Shown here: one piece after another, positions 16,881 to 25,479 of the stretch
Layout: each line of letters begins with the position of its first letter
Position numbering within the stretch: position 1 is the first letter of the stretch
DNA from: an uncultured Bacilli bacterium
Lineage (GTDB): Bacteria > Bacillota_I > Bacilli_A > RF39 > UBA660
Length of the DNA: 36,247 bases
Assembly (NCBI GenBank): GCA_944358495.1
Contig: CALVRF010000002.1
Coordinates: 1-36,247 of the forward strand
Direction of reading: 5' to 3'
Made by a program: the position numbers and the translations under genes
The notes under the pieces: model-generated
What the model was told of the DNA's origin: nothing
Seen by the model: only the letters and a program-made list of their open reading frames with translations
Databases searched by the model: none

Positions 16881-17030
16881 ATATTTTCCTCCCTTCACCG
16901 AGTGAGAGGTTATCTTATCAAATTACAGGGTGTATTAAATTAATATCTCCGCCAAGCAGCTAACGAAGGTAACCCCTATAGGAAATAAACACATTGTAAT
17001 TCAAATAGATAACGCTGCTTTAACTCGTGC
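16881..17030 (-). promoter_or_regulatory. structured rpsD 5' leader, candidate S4 autoregulatory element
   Basis: ~150-nt untranslated leader, locally more G+C-rich than its surroundings. Long-range complementarity: AGCAGC / GCTGCT and CACGAGT / ACTCGGTG, the latter next to the RBS. Confidence 0.45.
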
Positions 17031-17036
17031 TTCTTA

Positions 17037-17065
17037 ATTATATTATGTTTTCCCTTATAAGTCAA
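17037..17065 (-). promoter_or_regulatory. sigma-A promoter of rpsD
   Basis: On the minus strand: TTGACT (17065-17060), 17-nt spacer, TATAAT (17042-17037). Confidence 0.6.
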
Positions 17066-17163
17066 TACCAAACACTATAAAATAATATGAATAATTTATA
17101 AAAATATAACAAAATCCTACAAATATAGACAAAAATATGCTAAAATTATGATAGGTGGTAGAC

Positions 17164-18903
17164 ATGAATCAAACAATGATTATTACAATCGCTAGTTGCG
17201 TGGTTGTATTTATTCTTATAATTGTCATATTAATCGTCCGTAAAAGTAAAAAGAAAAAGAAATATAAAAAACTACTAGAAGACTTAGAATATGAAAAAAA
17301 CCAGCTCGCATCTGCTCCGGTTGGGCCTGAGCTTGCTAAAGTTGAATCATATTTAAAAAATGAAAAACTTGAAGTTATGTATCAGGACTGGAAAGAGCGC
17401 TTAGATGATATTAAAGAAATTCGTATTCCTAAAATTACGGACATGCTTATCGAAGCCGAATATTCACTTTCACAAACCGATTATAAAAGTACAATGTATA
17501 AAATCGCCAAGTTAGAAATGGAGATTTATAAAGTTCGTACTAAATCTGAGTTTTTATTAGATGAAATCAAAGAATTAACCACTAGTGAAGAACGCAATAG
17601 AGCAGTTATTACAAAATTAAAGACTAGATATCGTGAAGTTTACGAAAAATTTATCGATACAAAATCTGAATTTGGAGATATGGCAACTTCTGTTGAACTT
17701 CAATTTGAAAACATTTCTAAACGTTTTGAAGACTTCGAAAACATTATGGATAAAAATGCATATGAAGAGCTTAATAGTATCGTTAGTGCGATTGAAGAAA
17801 TGTTAAAGCATATCGAAGTTATCGTTGAAGAAATGCCAGCAGTAGTTCTTATGGCAGAAGGAATTCTTCCAAGAAAAATCAAAGAAATCACTGAAATTTA
17901 TAATAAAATGGTCGCCGAGGGTTATCCTTTAGATTATTTAAATATTGAATTCAATGTTGAAGAAGCTAATAAAAAAATCAAAGATATTTTAGACCGTGCT
18001 AAAGTTTTAGATCTCGAAGATAGTGTCTTTGACTTAAAAGTTTTAACCGATTATTTTGAGTCGTTATTTACTGATTTTGAAAAAGAAAAAATTATTAAAT
18101 CTGAATATGAAGAAGCTAATAAAACATTAAGTAATAAATTAGAAAAAACTAATCATTTAGTTACTGACATTTTTCAGCAGTTAGACGAATTAAAGCGTTC
18201 ATATGATTTAAAAGAGGAAGACATCAAAGCCTTAGAAGAAGTCAAAACTGAATTAGAAAAATTAAACAGTGACTATGAAGTGTTAAAAGGGCATACTAAT
18301 AACCATACTTTTGCCTACTCAAAATTAACAGAAGAAGTAGAAAGTTTAGTAATTCGTTTAGCTGGTATTGAAGAAAAACTTGATAAATCAATCAATGTCA
18401 TCGGTAGTATGCATGACGATGAAGTTCGAGCTCGTCAGCAATTAGAGGAAGTTAATGTTTTATTAAAAGATGCTAAAGGACAAATTAGAAACTATAACTT
18501 ACCAGTAATTCCTAATAGCTATTATGTTGAGTTAAAAGAGGCGAGTGAAGCTATTAGAGAAATTGTTAAAGAACTAGACAAAAAACCATTAACTATTGAA
18601 GTTTTAAACACAAGGGTTGATACTGCCCGTGATTTAGCATTAAAACTTTTCGGAAAAACCAAAGAAATGATTAAAACCGCAATGTTTGCCGAAATGGCCA
18701 TTGTTTATGGTAATCGTTATCGTTCATCAGAAAAAGAATTAGATCGTAATCTCAGTTATTCAGAAGTTTTATTTAATAAAGGCGAATATAAAAAATCTTT
18801 AGAATTAACAATTAATTCATTAAACAAAATTGAACCAGGGATATATGAAAAATTATTAGATTTTTATAGTGAAGATAACTCTAAAGAAAGTAATGTTACT
18901 TAA
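17164..18903 (+). CDS. ezrA: septation ring formation regulator EzrA
   Basis: Start set at ATG 17164 after AGGTGG, with an extended -10 TGcTAAAAT at 17138-17146. N-terminal TM helix, ~560 aa of coiled coil, and the conserved C-terminal patch AIVYGNRYRS. Confidence 0.85.
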   Translation: MNQTMIITIASCVVVFILIIVILIVRKSKKKKKYKKLLEDLEYEKNQLASAPVGPELAKVESYLKNEKLEVMYQDWKERLDDIKEIRIPKITDMLIEAEYSLSQTDYKSTMYKIAKLEMEIYKVRTKSEFLLDEIKELTTSEERNRAVITKLKTRYREVYEKFIDTKSEFGDMATSVELQFENISKRFEDFENIMDKNAYEELNSIVSAIEEMLKHIEVIVEEMPAVVLMAEGILPRKIKEITEIYNKMVAEGYPLDYLNIEFNVEEANKKIKDILDRAKVLDLEDSVFDLKVLTDYFESLFTDFEKEKIIKSEYEEANKTLSNKLEKTNHLVTDIFQQLDELKRSYDLKEEDIKALEEVKTELEKLNSDYEVLKGHTNNHTFAYSKLTEEVESLVIRLAGIEEKLDKSINVIGSMHDDEVRARQQLEEVNVLLKDAKGQIRNYNLPVIPNSYYVELKEASEAIREIVKELDKKPLTIEVLNTRVDTARDLALKLFGKTKEMIKTAMFAEMAIVYGNRYRSSEKELDRNLSYSEVLFNKGEYKKSLELTINSLNKIEPGIYEKLLDFYSEDNSKESNVT

Positions 18904-18940
18904 AAACAATTTTAAGTTCATAGCCTAAAATTGTTTTTTG
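18903..18940 (+). terminator. rho-independent terminator of ezrA
   Basis: AAAACAATTTTA (18903-18914) pairs with TAAAATTGTTTT (18926-18937), followed by a T-run. Confidence 0.7.
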
Positions 18941-18944
18941 CTGA

Positions 18945-18985
18945 AAAAATAAAAGAAAAAATTGCTAACAACTTTATTAGCAATT
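18945..18985 (-). terminator. rho-independent terminator of the SASP gene
   Basis: On the minus strand AATTGCTAA ... TTAGCAATT (18985-18960) is followed by TTTTTCTTTTATTTTTT. Confidence 0.6.
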
Positions 18986-19006
18986 TTTCTATAGACAAAT
19001 AATTAA

Positions 19007-19210
19007 TTATTTAGAATATTTAGAACCACTTAATTGTTGTTGACCCATTTGTACAAGTCTCTTAGTGATTTCTCCACCTACAGAACCATTAGCACGGCTA
19101 GTAGCATCTGGACCCATATTAACGCCTAATTCGTTAGCAATTTCATATTTCATTTGTTCAATAGCTTGTTTAGCACCAGGAACAACGATTTTATTGTTAT
19201 TACTTGTCAT
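19007..19210 (-). CDS. small acid-soluble spore protein, alpha/beta type
   Basis: Start set at ATG 19210 after AGGAGGTG. The sequence ...[22 protein letters not shown]...[18 protein letters not shown] matches both conserved alpha/beta SASP blocks. Confidence 0.9.
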   Translation of the reverse strand: MTSNNNKIVVPGAKQAIEQMKYEIANELGVNMGPDATSRANGSVGGEITKRLVQMGQQQLSGSKYSK

Positions 19211-19233
19211 ACATTTCACCTCCTGTACATTAA

Positions 19234-19262
19234 TATAGTGTGTACATTTGGTGATATAATAC
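19234..19262 (-). promoter_or_regulatory. possible forespore (sigma-G/F-like) promoter of the SASP gene
   Basis: On the minus strand: GTATT (19262-19258), 17 nt, CACTATA (19240-19234). The -10 fits CAnnnTA. The -35 fits GnATr only partly. Confidence 0.3.
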
Positions 19263-19285
19263 ATTTTTTTTATTGGAAATTTTTG

Positions 19286-20452
19286 TTAAAGCAAATCATC
19301 AAAATTATCGGCTTTAAAATTAGAAACCACTTCGATATTATCTATACATTTATTAATTAATCGGTCAACTTCTAATTCTTTTTCATATTCTATACATTTA
19401 TTTAATTTAGGATTAATAACTGGATGTTTTGGGACAAAAATTGTGCAGCAATCTTCAAAAGGCAAAATGCTAGTTTCATAAGTTCCTATTCTTTCAGCAA
19501 TATTAATAATTTCTAATTTATCCAAACAAGCAACAGGTCTAATTACTGGCATATTAGTTACATTATTAATACAACTCATACTACTTAAAGTTTGACTGGC
19601 AACTTGGCCAATACTTTCACCATTTACCATTATTTTAGCCCCAATTTTTTCTGCATATTTTTCACCGATTCGGTACATCATTCTTCGCATAATGGTTATC
19701 ATATAATTGTCAGGACATTTTTTAAAAATTTCTTCTTGGATTTCCGTAAATGGTACCACATGAACTTTTACATGTCCTGAATACTCATTTAAGATAGATG
19801 CTAATTTTAACACTTTGTTTTTAGCCTCTATACTAGTGTGTGGTGGAGACTCGAAATACAAACACTCGACATTAACGCCACGTTTTAAAGTTAAATATCC
19901 AGCTACTGGGCTGTCAATACCACCACTAAGCATTAATAAGCCAGTGCCTTGGATACCAACTGGATAGCCACCCGCACCTTTGATTTCATTAGTATAGACA
20001 AAAGTTCCATTTTTCCTAATCTCTACCGTTAAAATAATATCTGGATTATGAACGTCAACTTTAAAGTTAGAGTTTTTTAAAATCATCGCTCCCAATTTTC
20101 GACTAAATTCCATCGATGGAATTTCAAAACTTTTGTCTGCACGGTTAGTTACTACTTTAAAAGTTTTCTTATTTTTATCCATAATTTCCAAAGACTTACT
20201 AAAAACGTCTTCAAGATTATTATTAACCTTATGGCAAATAACTATACTATATATTCCAAAAACCTTTTTAAGCTTTAAAGCTACTGATTTTACATCATCA
20301 CAGATAATATACATGCGCACTCGGTCTTTAATAATTCTAATGTCATCATTAACTATCCTTCTAATATTCTTTTCTAAAGTATCAATAAAAAATTTTCTAT
20401 TATCCTTTTTAGTAGTAAGCTCACCATATTTAATTAAAATCAAATTGTCCAT
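19286..20452 (-). CDS. thiI: tRNA uracil 4-sulfurtransferase ThiI
   Basis: N-terminal ferredoxin-like and THUMP region, PP-loop SGGIDSPVA, conserved C-terminal part. Confidence 0.92.
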   Translation of the reverse strand: MDNLILIKYGELTTKKDNRKFFIDTLEKNIRRIVNDDIRIIKDRVRMYIICDDVKSVALKLKKVFGIYSIVICHKVNNNLEDVFSKSLEIMDKNKKTFKVVTNRADKSFEIPSMEFSRKLGAMILKNSNFKVDVHNPDIILTVEIRKNGTFVYTNEIKGAGGYPVGIQGTGLLMLSGGIDSPVAGYLTLKRGVNVECLYFESPPHTSIEAKNKVLKLASILNEYSGHVKVHVVPFTEIQEEIFKKCPDNYMITIMRRMMYRIGEKYAEKIGAKIMVNGESIGQVASQTLSSMSCINNVTNMPVIRPVACLDKLEIINIAERIGTYETSILPFEDCCTIFVPKHPVINPKLNKCIEYEKELEVDRLINKCIDNIEVVSNFKADNFDDLL

Positions 20453-20484
20453 AAATTTACCTCACTTCTTAGGCTATTATACCT

Positions 20485-20521
20485 TTAAAAAAAAGAAAAA
20501 TCTAGAACAATTCTAGATTTT
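20485..20521 (-). terminator. rho-independent terminator of clpP
   Basis: On the minus strand AATCTAGAA ttg TTCTAGATT lies immediately after the clpP stop, followed by TTTTCTTTTTTTT. Confidence 0.75.
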
Positions 20522-21088
20522 TTAAATAATTTTATCGATGATTCCATATTCTAATGCCTCATTAGCATCTAAAAAATAATCTCTTTCTGTATCTTCTTCT
20601 ATTTTCGACAAATCTTGACCCGTATTTTTACTTAAAATTTTATTAAGTTTCTTTTTAAGTTTTAAAATTCTTTCCGCAGCAATCTTAATTTCTGTAGCTT
20701 GACCTTGAGCACCGCCTAATGGTTGGTGAATCATAACTTCACTATTAGGCAAACAGTATCTATAACCTTTTTCACCGCAAGATAATAAAAATGCCGCCAT
20801 ACTTGCTGCCATACCAATACAAATGGTTGATACTTTGCTTTTTACAAAATTCATTGTGTCATAAATTGCCATGCCTGAAGTAATACTTCCTCCTGGAGAA
20901 TTGATATAAATACTAATATCATTATGGTTTACTGAGTCTAAATATAATAATTGTCCCACAATACTATTAGCTAAATTATCATCAATTTCTCCACTTAAAA
21001 TAATAATTCTATCTTTTAAAAGTCTACTATATATATCATATACTCTCTCACCATCACTACTTTTTTCAACCACATTAGGTATCAACAC
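20522..21088 (-). CDS. clpP: ATP-dependent Clp protease proteolytic subunit
   Basis: GTG start after GGGAGG. Conserved ClpP sequence including [11 protein letters not shown] (catalytic Ser) and MIHQPLGG (His). Confidence 0.95.
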   Translation of the reverse strand: MLIPNVVEKSSDGERVYDIYSRLLKDRIIILSGEIDDNLANSIVGQLLYLDSVNHNDISIYINSPGGSITSGMAIYDTMNFVKSKVSTICIGMAASMAAFLLSCGEKGYRYCLPNSEVMIHQPLGGAQGQATEIKIAAERILKLKKKLNKILSKNTGQDLSKIEEDTERDYFLDANEALEYGIIDKII

Positions 21089-21148
21089 AAAAAATCGCCT
21101 CCCAATATTATAATAAGTGTAAATGAGAAGTTTTATTCACCCAAAAAA

Positions 21149-21177
21149 GTGACAAATTAATATATTTTTGATAAAAT
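21149..21177 (+). promoter_or_regulatory. sigma-A promoter candidate for the kinase-gap transcript
   Basis: GTGACA at 21149-21154, 17-nt spacer, TAAAAT at 21172-21177, preceded by TGa (extended -10). Confidence 0.45.
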
Positions 21178-21204
21178 AAAAAAAGAGAATAAGGAGGGAC
21201 ATGC

Positions 21205-22866
21205 ATGATTAAAATATCTATTAAAAGCGAAACTCCAAAAGTAATTGAAGTTCCTGCAGGAACCACATTGTATAATATTAGTAAACAATGTCAAGCTGAC
21301 TTTAAATTCCCGATTTTAGCGGCCACTTTAAATAACGTTTTAGCCAATTTAAGTAAAAAAGTTTTTACTGATAGTGTTGTCGAATTTTTTGATCGCACTA
21401 GTGAGGTCGGAAACCGCGTATATTCGCGCAGTTTAGAGTTTTTAGTGACTACTTCAGCTTCTTTAGTTCTAGGGCCTAAAAGCGATGTTTTGGTAGACTA
21501 TTCTCTAGACAATGGTATTTATTGCGAAGTAACTAATAAAACTTTAAGCGAGAATATCATGCACGCTATCGAAAATAAAATGCTCGAATTAGTTCAAAGA
21601 AAAATACCTTATGAATTTGTTCCTGTAACTAAACTAGATGCTATGGACTATTTTGAAAAATGCGGACAAATAGATAAAGTAGAAAATCTTAGATATATTA
21701 GCAATTCTACTGTAAAACTTCATAAAATTGGAACCCATTATGATTATTTTTTTGGCCCAATTGCCCATGATACTGGACAAACTGATATTTTCAAATTAAC
21801 TTATTTAGATCAAAATAGTTTTATTATCAGTTATCCAAACATGAAAAGGCCTGAAGATGTAGCTAATTATATTCATCATCAAAAGCTTTTTGAAGAATAT
21901 CATCGTTATCAAACATGGAGTCGAAAAGTAAACCTTAGCTTATCATCAGACTTAAACAAATTAGGAACTTTGGGAAAATATAATGAAGCTATCAATCTAT
22001 CAGAAACTCATTATAATGATCAATTATCTCTAGTTGCTGAAGATATTAATCAAAAAATTGATAGAGTGAAACTTATTTTATTATCAGGGCCTTCATCAAG
22101 TGGGAAAACAACAACAGCTAAAAAATTAAAAATTCACTTAAAGGTAAGGGGGGTAACTGTTCATGAAATATCCCTAGATGATTATTTTATTGATAGAGAT
22201 AAAACTCCAAAAGACGAAAATGGTAACTATGATTATGCTAATTTAAAAGCTTTAGATCTAGATTTATTTAATGAACATATGCAAAAACTTCTTAGTGGGG
22301 AAGAAGTATTATTACCCAAATATGACTTTACTAAAGGAAAACAAGTTTTTGCAAATGATTATTTGAAGCTAGAACAAGGAGATATATTATTAATAGAAGG
22401 TATACATACCTTAAATGATGAATTAACTAAATATGTTCCCAGAGAAAATAAATATAAGATATATTTAAGTCCATTAACTCCTTTAAAAATTGATAACCAT
22501 AACCGCGTTCATACTTCAGATGCAAGGAAATTAAGAAGAATAGTTAGAGATAATAACTTTAGAGGAACTAGTGCTGAAGAAACTTTGAAAATATGGCCTA
22601 ATGTTATGAAAGAAGCTGAAGATAATATTTATCCCTATCAAGATGATGTTGATATGATTATTAATTCCGCTTTAAATTATGAAATTGGAGTATTAAAAAT
22701 TTATGCTGAGCCATTATTATTTGCCATCAGTGAAGATAGTGAATTTTATCCAGAAGCTAATCGCTTATTAACTCTGTTAAGGAATTTTTTACCAATTTCC
22801 AGTGAATTAGTTCCACCAGACTCCGTTTTAAGAGAATTTATTGGTGGCAGTAATATTGACTATTAG
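21205..22866 (+). CDS. long uridine kinase / phosphoribulokinase-family nucleoside kinase with a large N-terminal extension (553 aa)
   Basis: AGGAGGG RBS. The C-terminal half has Walker A LLSGPSSSGKTTTAKKL, DDYF, a P.YDF-like PKYDFTKGK and LLIEGIH, typical of the Udk/PRK family. The N-terminal ~280 aa begins with a TGS/ubiquitin-like segment. Confidence 0.6.
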   Translation: MIKISIKSETPKVIEVPAGTTLYNISKQCQADFKFPILAATLNNVLANLSKKVFTDSVVEFFDRTSEVGNRVYSRSLEFLVTTSASLVLGPKSDVLVDYSLDNGIYCEVTNKTLSENIMHAIENKMLELVQRKIPYEFVPVTKLDAMDYFEKCGQIDKVENLRYISNSTVKLHKIGTHYDYFFGPIAHDTGQTDIFKLTYLDQNSFIISYPNMKRPEDVANYIHHQKLFEEYHRYQTWSRKVNLSLSSDLNKLGTLGKYNEAINLSETHYNDQLSLVAEDINQKIDRVKLILLSGPSSSGKTTTAKKLKIHLKVRGVTVHEISLDDYFIDRDKTPKDENGNYDYANLKALDLDLFNEHMQKLLSGEEVLLPKYDFTKGKQVFANDYLKLEQGDILLIEGIHTLNDELTKYVPRENKYKIYLSPLTPLKIDNHNRVHTSDARKLRRIVRDNNFRGTSAEETLKIWPNVMKEAEDNIYPYQDDVDMIINSALNYEIGVLKIYAEPLLFAISEDSEFYPEANRLLTLLRNFLPISSELVPPDSVLREFIGGSNIDY

Positions 22867-22880
22867 AAAGGATTGATTAA

Positions 22881-23885
22881 ATGATAAAAGTAGCAATTAA
22901 CGGTTTTGGGAGAATCGGTAGACTTGTTTTTAGAATTATGGAAGAAGATCCAGATTTTGAAGTAGTAGCTATCAATGACTTAACAGACCCTGAACAACTT
23001 GCTTATTTATTAAAATATGATACTTCCCATCGTAATTATTTAACTGATGAAATTACTTACGATGAAAATAATATCATTGTTAAAGGAAGAAAAATTAGAA
23101 TTTATTCTGAGATGGATCCTATAAATTTACCATGGAAAGAATTACAAATTGATGAAGTTTTTGAATGTACTGGCAAATTTACGGCAAAAGAAAAAGCTGA
23201 AGCCCATATTAAAGCTGGAGCCAAAAAAGTTATTATTTCTGCACCTGCCAAAGGTGATGTGAAAACCATCGTTTATGGAGTTAATGAAAACATTTTAGAT
23301 GGTAGTGAACAGATTATTAGTGCTGCTTCATGTACGACTAATTGTCTTGCCCCGGTTGCTAATATTATTAATAAAGAATTTAAAATCAAAAAAGGCTATA
23401 TGACAACCGTTCACGCTTATACCAATGACCAAGCCAACTTAGATGTTGCTCATAAAAAAGGTGCAAAATCAAGAAGAGGAAGAGCCGCTGCTGCTAATAT
23501 TGTTCCAAGTTCAACCGGCGCTGCTAGTGCCTTAGGTAAAGTAATTCCTGAACTTGATGGTAAGTTAGATGGAGAAGCTCTAAGAGTACCTGTAACCACT
23601 GGCTCAGTTATTGACTTAACACTAGAACTAGGAAGAAACACAACCGCCGAAGAAATTAATAATGTTTTTAAGAAATATCAAAATCAAACATTAGGATATA
23701 CTGAAGACCCAATAGTTTCTAGTGATATTATAGGTTCTCAGTATGGTGGTGTAGTAGACGGACTTTTAACTAAAGTTCTAGATACTGAAAATGGCCAGTT
23801 AGTAAAAATCATGGCTTGGTATGATAACGAAATGAGTTATAGTGCTCAAATGGTTAGAACCGCTAAATATTTATTTAAAAATTAA
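22881..23885 (+). CDS. gapA: type I glyceraldehyde-3-phosphate dehydrogenase
   Basis: NGFGRIGR NAD-binding motif, catalytic SCTTNCLAP, WYDNE near the C-terminus. Starts 14 nt after the kinase stop. Confidence 0.95.
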   Translation: MIKVAINGFGRIGRLVFRIMEEDPDFEVVAINDLTDPEQLAYLLKYDTSHRNYLTDEITYDENNIIVKGRKIRIYSEMDPINLPWKELQIDEVFECTGKFTAKEKAEAHIKAGAKKVIISAPAKGDVKTIVYGVNENILDGSEQIISAASCTTNCLAPVANIINKEFKIKKGYMTTVHAYTNDQANLDVAHKKGAKSRRGRAAAANIVPSSTGAASALGKVIPELDGKLDGEALRVPVTTGSVIDLTLELGRNTTAEEINNVFKKYQNQTLGYTEDPIVSSDIIGSQYGGVVDGLLTKVLDTENGQLVKIMAWYDNEMSYSAQMVRTAKYLFKN

Positions 23886-23907
23886 GTTCATTATTTTGAA
23901 CTTTTTT
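23884..23907 (+). terminator. rho-independent terminator of gap
   Basis: AAGTTCA (23884-23890) pairs with TGAACTT (23897-23903), followed by TTTT. Confidence 0.6.
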
Positions 23908-23912
23908 AATGA

Positions 23913-24404
23913 AATCATTTACTTCATTACCAAAAGTTATATATTTTCTATTTTCAACTGTCTACTTTAAGTATACCACTACACAATCTTATTATTGAAA
24001 ATGCGACAATTTCTAATAATAAAGCACAAACCGGAGCCGGGCTGCGAACTACGTCAAGTGCTACTGCTACAATAAATAATTGTAAAATAGTAGATAATAT
24101 AGCTAGTATGAGTGGAGCTGGATTAGAAGTATTTAATTATTCGCAAGTTACAATGAATGGTGGAGAAATTTCTAATAATACTGCAACGAGTTATGGTGGT
24201 GGAGTATGGATTCGTGGCAATGAAGACGCTGATAAAAGTGCTAATCTCATATTAAATGGTGGAACCATAAAAAACAACAATGCTGGTATTGCACATGGTG
24301 GCATATATAATGGAGTATCTGGGACTTATACATACAAATCAGGTGTTGTATGTGGCAACAAACCATCGAATTCGTATGAAACCTCAGCCACCTGCCCATC
24401 TTAG
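23913..24404 (+). pseudogene. 5'-truncated fragment of a beta-helix (PMP/adhesin-like) repeat protein
   Basis: The frame is open from just after TGA 23910-23912 to TAG 24402-24404, but the only ATG is internal (24108) and no RBS or signal peptide is present. The translation has iterated units (...NATISNNKAQTGAGL..., ...NNCKIVDNIASMSGAGLEV..., ...GGEISNNTATSYGGGVWI..., ...GGTIKNNNAGIAHGGIY...). Confidence 0.45.
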
Positions 24405-24410
24405 TTTTAT

Positions 24411-24540
24411 AAATTCCAACGAGAGTAATTATAGAAATATAGTTACTCTACTGGAATCTATAAAGATTCCAAATAAAAACTAACAGACATTTTACTTTTC
24501 TCTCTCAAATGTACACCGGTAAAATGTTCTTGTTAGTTTT
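24411..24540 (+). other. structured spacer: two mutually exclusive hairpins plus a long terminator-like hairpin
   Basis: ATTCCA (24413-18) and GAGAGTAA (24421-28) pair with TTACTCT (24443-49) and TGGAAT (24452-57). Alternatively TGGAATC (24452-58) pairs with GATTCCA (24465-71). Then AAAACTAACAGACATTTTAC (24476-95) pairs imperfectly with GTAAAATGTTCTTGTTAGTTTT (24519-40). Confidence 0.4.
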
Positions 24541-24560
24541 AATTTACTAAAAAATTATTG

Positions 24561-24589
24561 TTGCTTATAATAATTTTTTATTGTATAAT
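24561..24589 (+). promoter_or_regulatory. sigma-A promoter candidate for the 24617 gene
   Basis: TTGCTT at 24561-24566, 17-nt spacer, TATAAT at 24584-24589. Confidence 0.5.
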
Positions 24590-24616
24590 TATTATGAAAA
24601 TAGAAAGGGTGTAAAC

Positions 24617-25027
24617 ATGAAAAATAAAAAAATACTAATAGTTGTTGGACTTATTATTGTCGTAATTATTATAGTTTTATTACTAACAATGTTACTGCCA
24701 AAAGAAAGTAACGACGTTGAGCAAAAAAATAATATAGAATATAATGTGGTTGACGAATTGTATGAACAATTAGATGGCCCAGAATGTACTGAAAACTGTG
24801 ATACTAGAGAATATGTCTCAAAACTATATGGTTATACTTATGATGAAAAAAACAATTTAGAAATGCAAGTTAAAGAAGGATATGTTGAAAATAATAAAGT
24901 TTATGATTTAGATGGAAAAGAATTAGGTGACTATTCAGAAGATACCTTAAATAATACTCTAGATAGTGGAACTTTAAAAACTTATAACTATACTAAAGAT
25001 GGTGATGATTACGTTTTAGCTGAATAA
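24617..25027 (+). CDS. membrane-anchored hypothetical protein (136 aa)
   Basis: Start set at ATG 24617 after GAAAGGGTG. N-terminal KNKK plus a hydrophobic helix (signal anchor), then an acidic ~100-aa domain with two Cys (PECTENC). No family recognised. Confidence 0.5.
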   Translation: MKNKKILIVVGLIIVVIIIVLLLTMLLPKESNDVEQKNNIEYNVVDELYEQLDGPECTENCDTREYVSKLYGYTYDEKNNLEMQVKEGYVENNKVYDLDGKELGDYSEDTLNNTLDSGTLKTYNYTKDGDDYVLAE

Positions 25028-25053
25028 GGGATTAGTAATCTCTTTTTCTTTTT
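25027..25053 (+). terminator. terminator-like hairpin after the 24617 gene
   Basis: AGGGATT agt AATCTCT with one G-U pair, followed by TTTTCTTTTT. The loop is very short. Confidence 0.45.
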
Positions 25054-25086
25054 AAAATTATGTTTTTCTTGTAATAAAAACGCTTT

Positions 25087-25095
25087 TGTTATAAA
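25087..25095 (+). promoter_or_regulatory. extended -10 promoter element upstream of pilin-like gene 2
   Basis: TGtTATAAA at 25087-25095. The -35 is weak (TTGTAA/TTCTTG). Confidence 0.4.
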
Positions 25096-25113
25096 ATAAT
25101 AATAGGTGATGAT

Positions 25114-25479
25114 ATGCAAAAAGGATTTACTTTAATTGAATTGCTGGGAATCATAGTGTTGCTCGGAGTTATTATTGCCGTAGCCGTGCCATCATTGATT
25201 ACTTCTAACAAAAACGCCGAAAATAGTGAAAAAGAAGAGTTTAATGAACTTATTAATACCGCTTGTGAATCATATATCAATGTCCATTCTGATGAATACC
25301 AAACTTTATTAACAACATCCGGAAGATCGGCAACAATTTCTGTATCCGAATTAATTAGTTCAGGATACTTAAGAGAAACTACTAATAACCCAAACACGGA
25401 TACTCAAATTGGTGAAGAAAACGGAAGTGTCACCGCCAAAAATAGTGGTGGAAAAATTACATGCACTTACAATAGTTAG
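25114..25479 (+). CDS. type IV pilin / pseudopilin-like protein (paralog 2)
   Basis: MQKG|FTLIELLGIIVLLGVIIAVAVPSL prepilin signal with Glu+5. SSGYL motif and two Cys (NTAC...KITC). RBS AGGTGAT. No terminator in the 27 nt before pgk. Confidence 0.8.
   Translation: MQKGFTLIELLGIIVLLGVIIAVAVPSLITSNKNAENSEKEEFNELINTACESYINVHSDEYQTLLTTSGRSATISVSELISSGYLRETTNNPNTDTQIGEENGSVTAKNSGGKITCTYNS

Noticed and set aside
19154-20516. Plus-strand ORFs 19154-19360, 19592-19780 and 20133-20516
   Set aside because: They are antisense to the SASP gene and thiI and are shadow ORFs.
21089-21204. CtsR operator (GGTCAAA-NAN-GGTCAAA) upstream of clpP
   Set aside because: No GGTCAAA/TTTGACC heptad appears on either strand of the intergenic region, so no claim about CtsR control is made.
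24280-24483. 67-aa plus-strand ORF
   Set aside because: It is an alternative frame of the beta-helix fragment that runs into the structured spacer, and it has no start signals.
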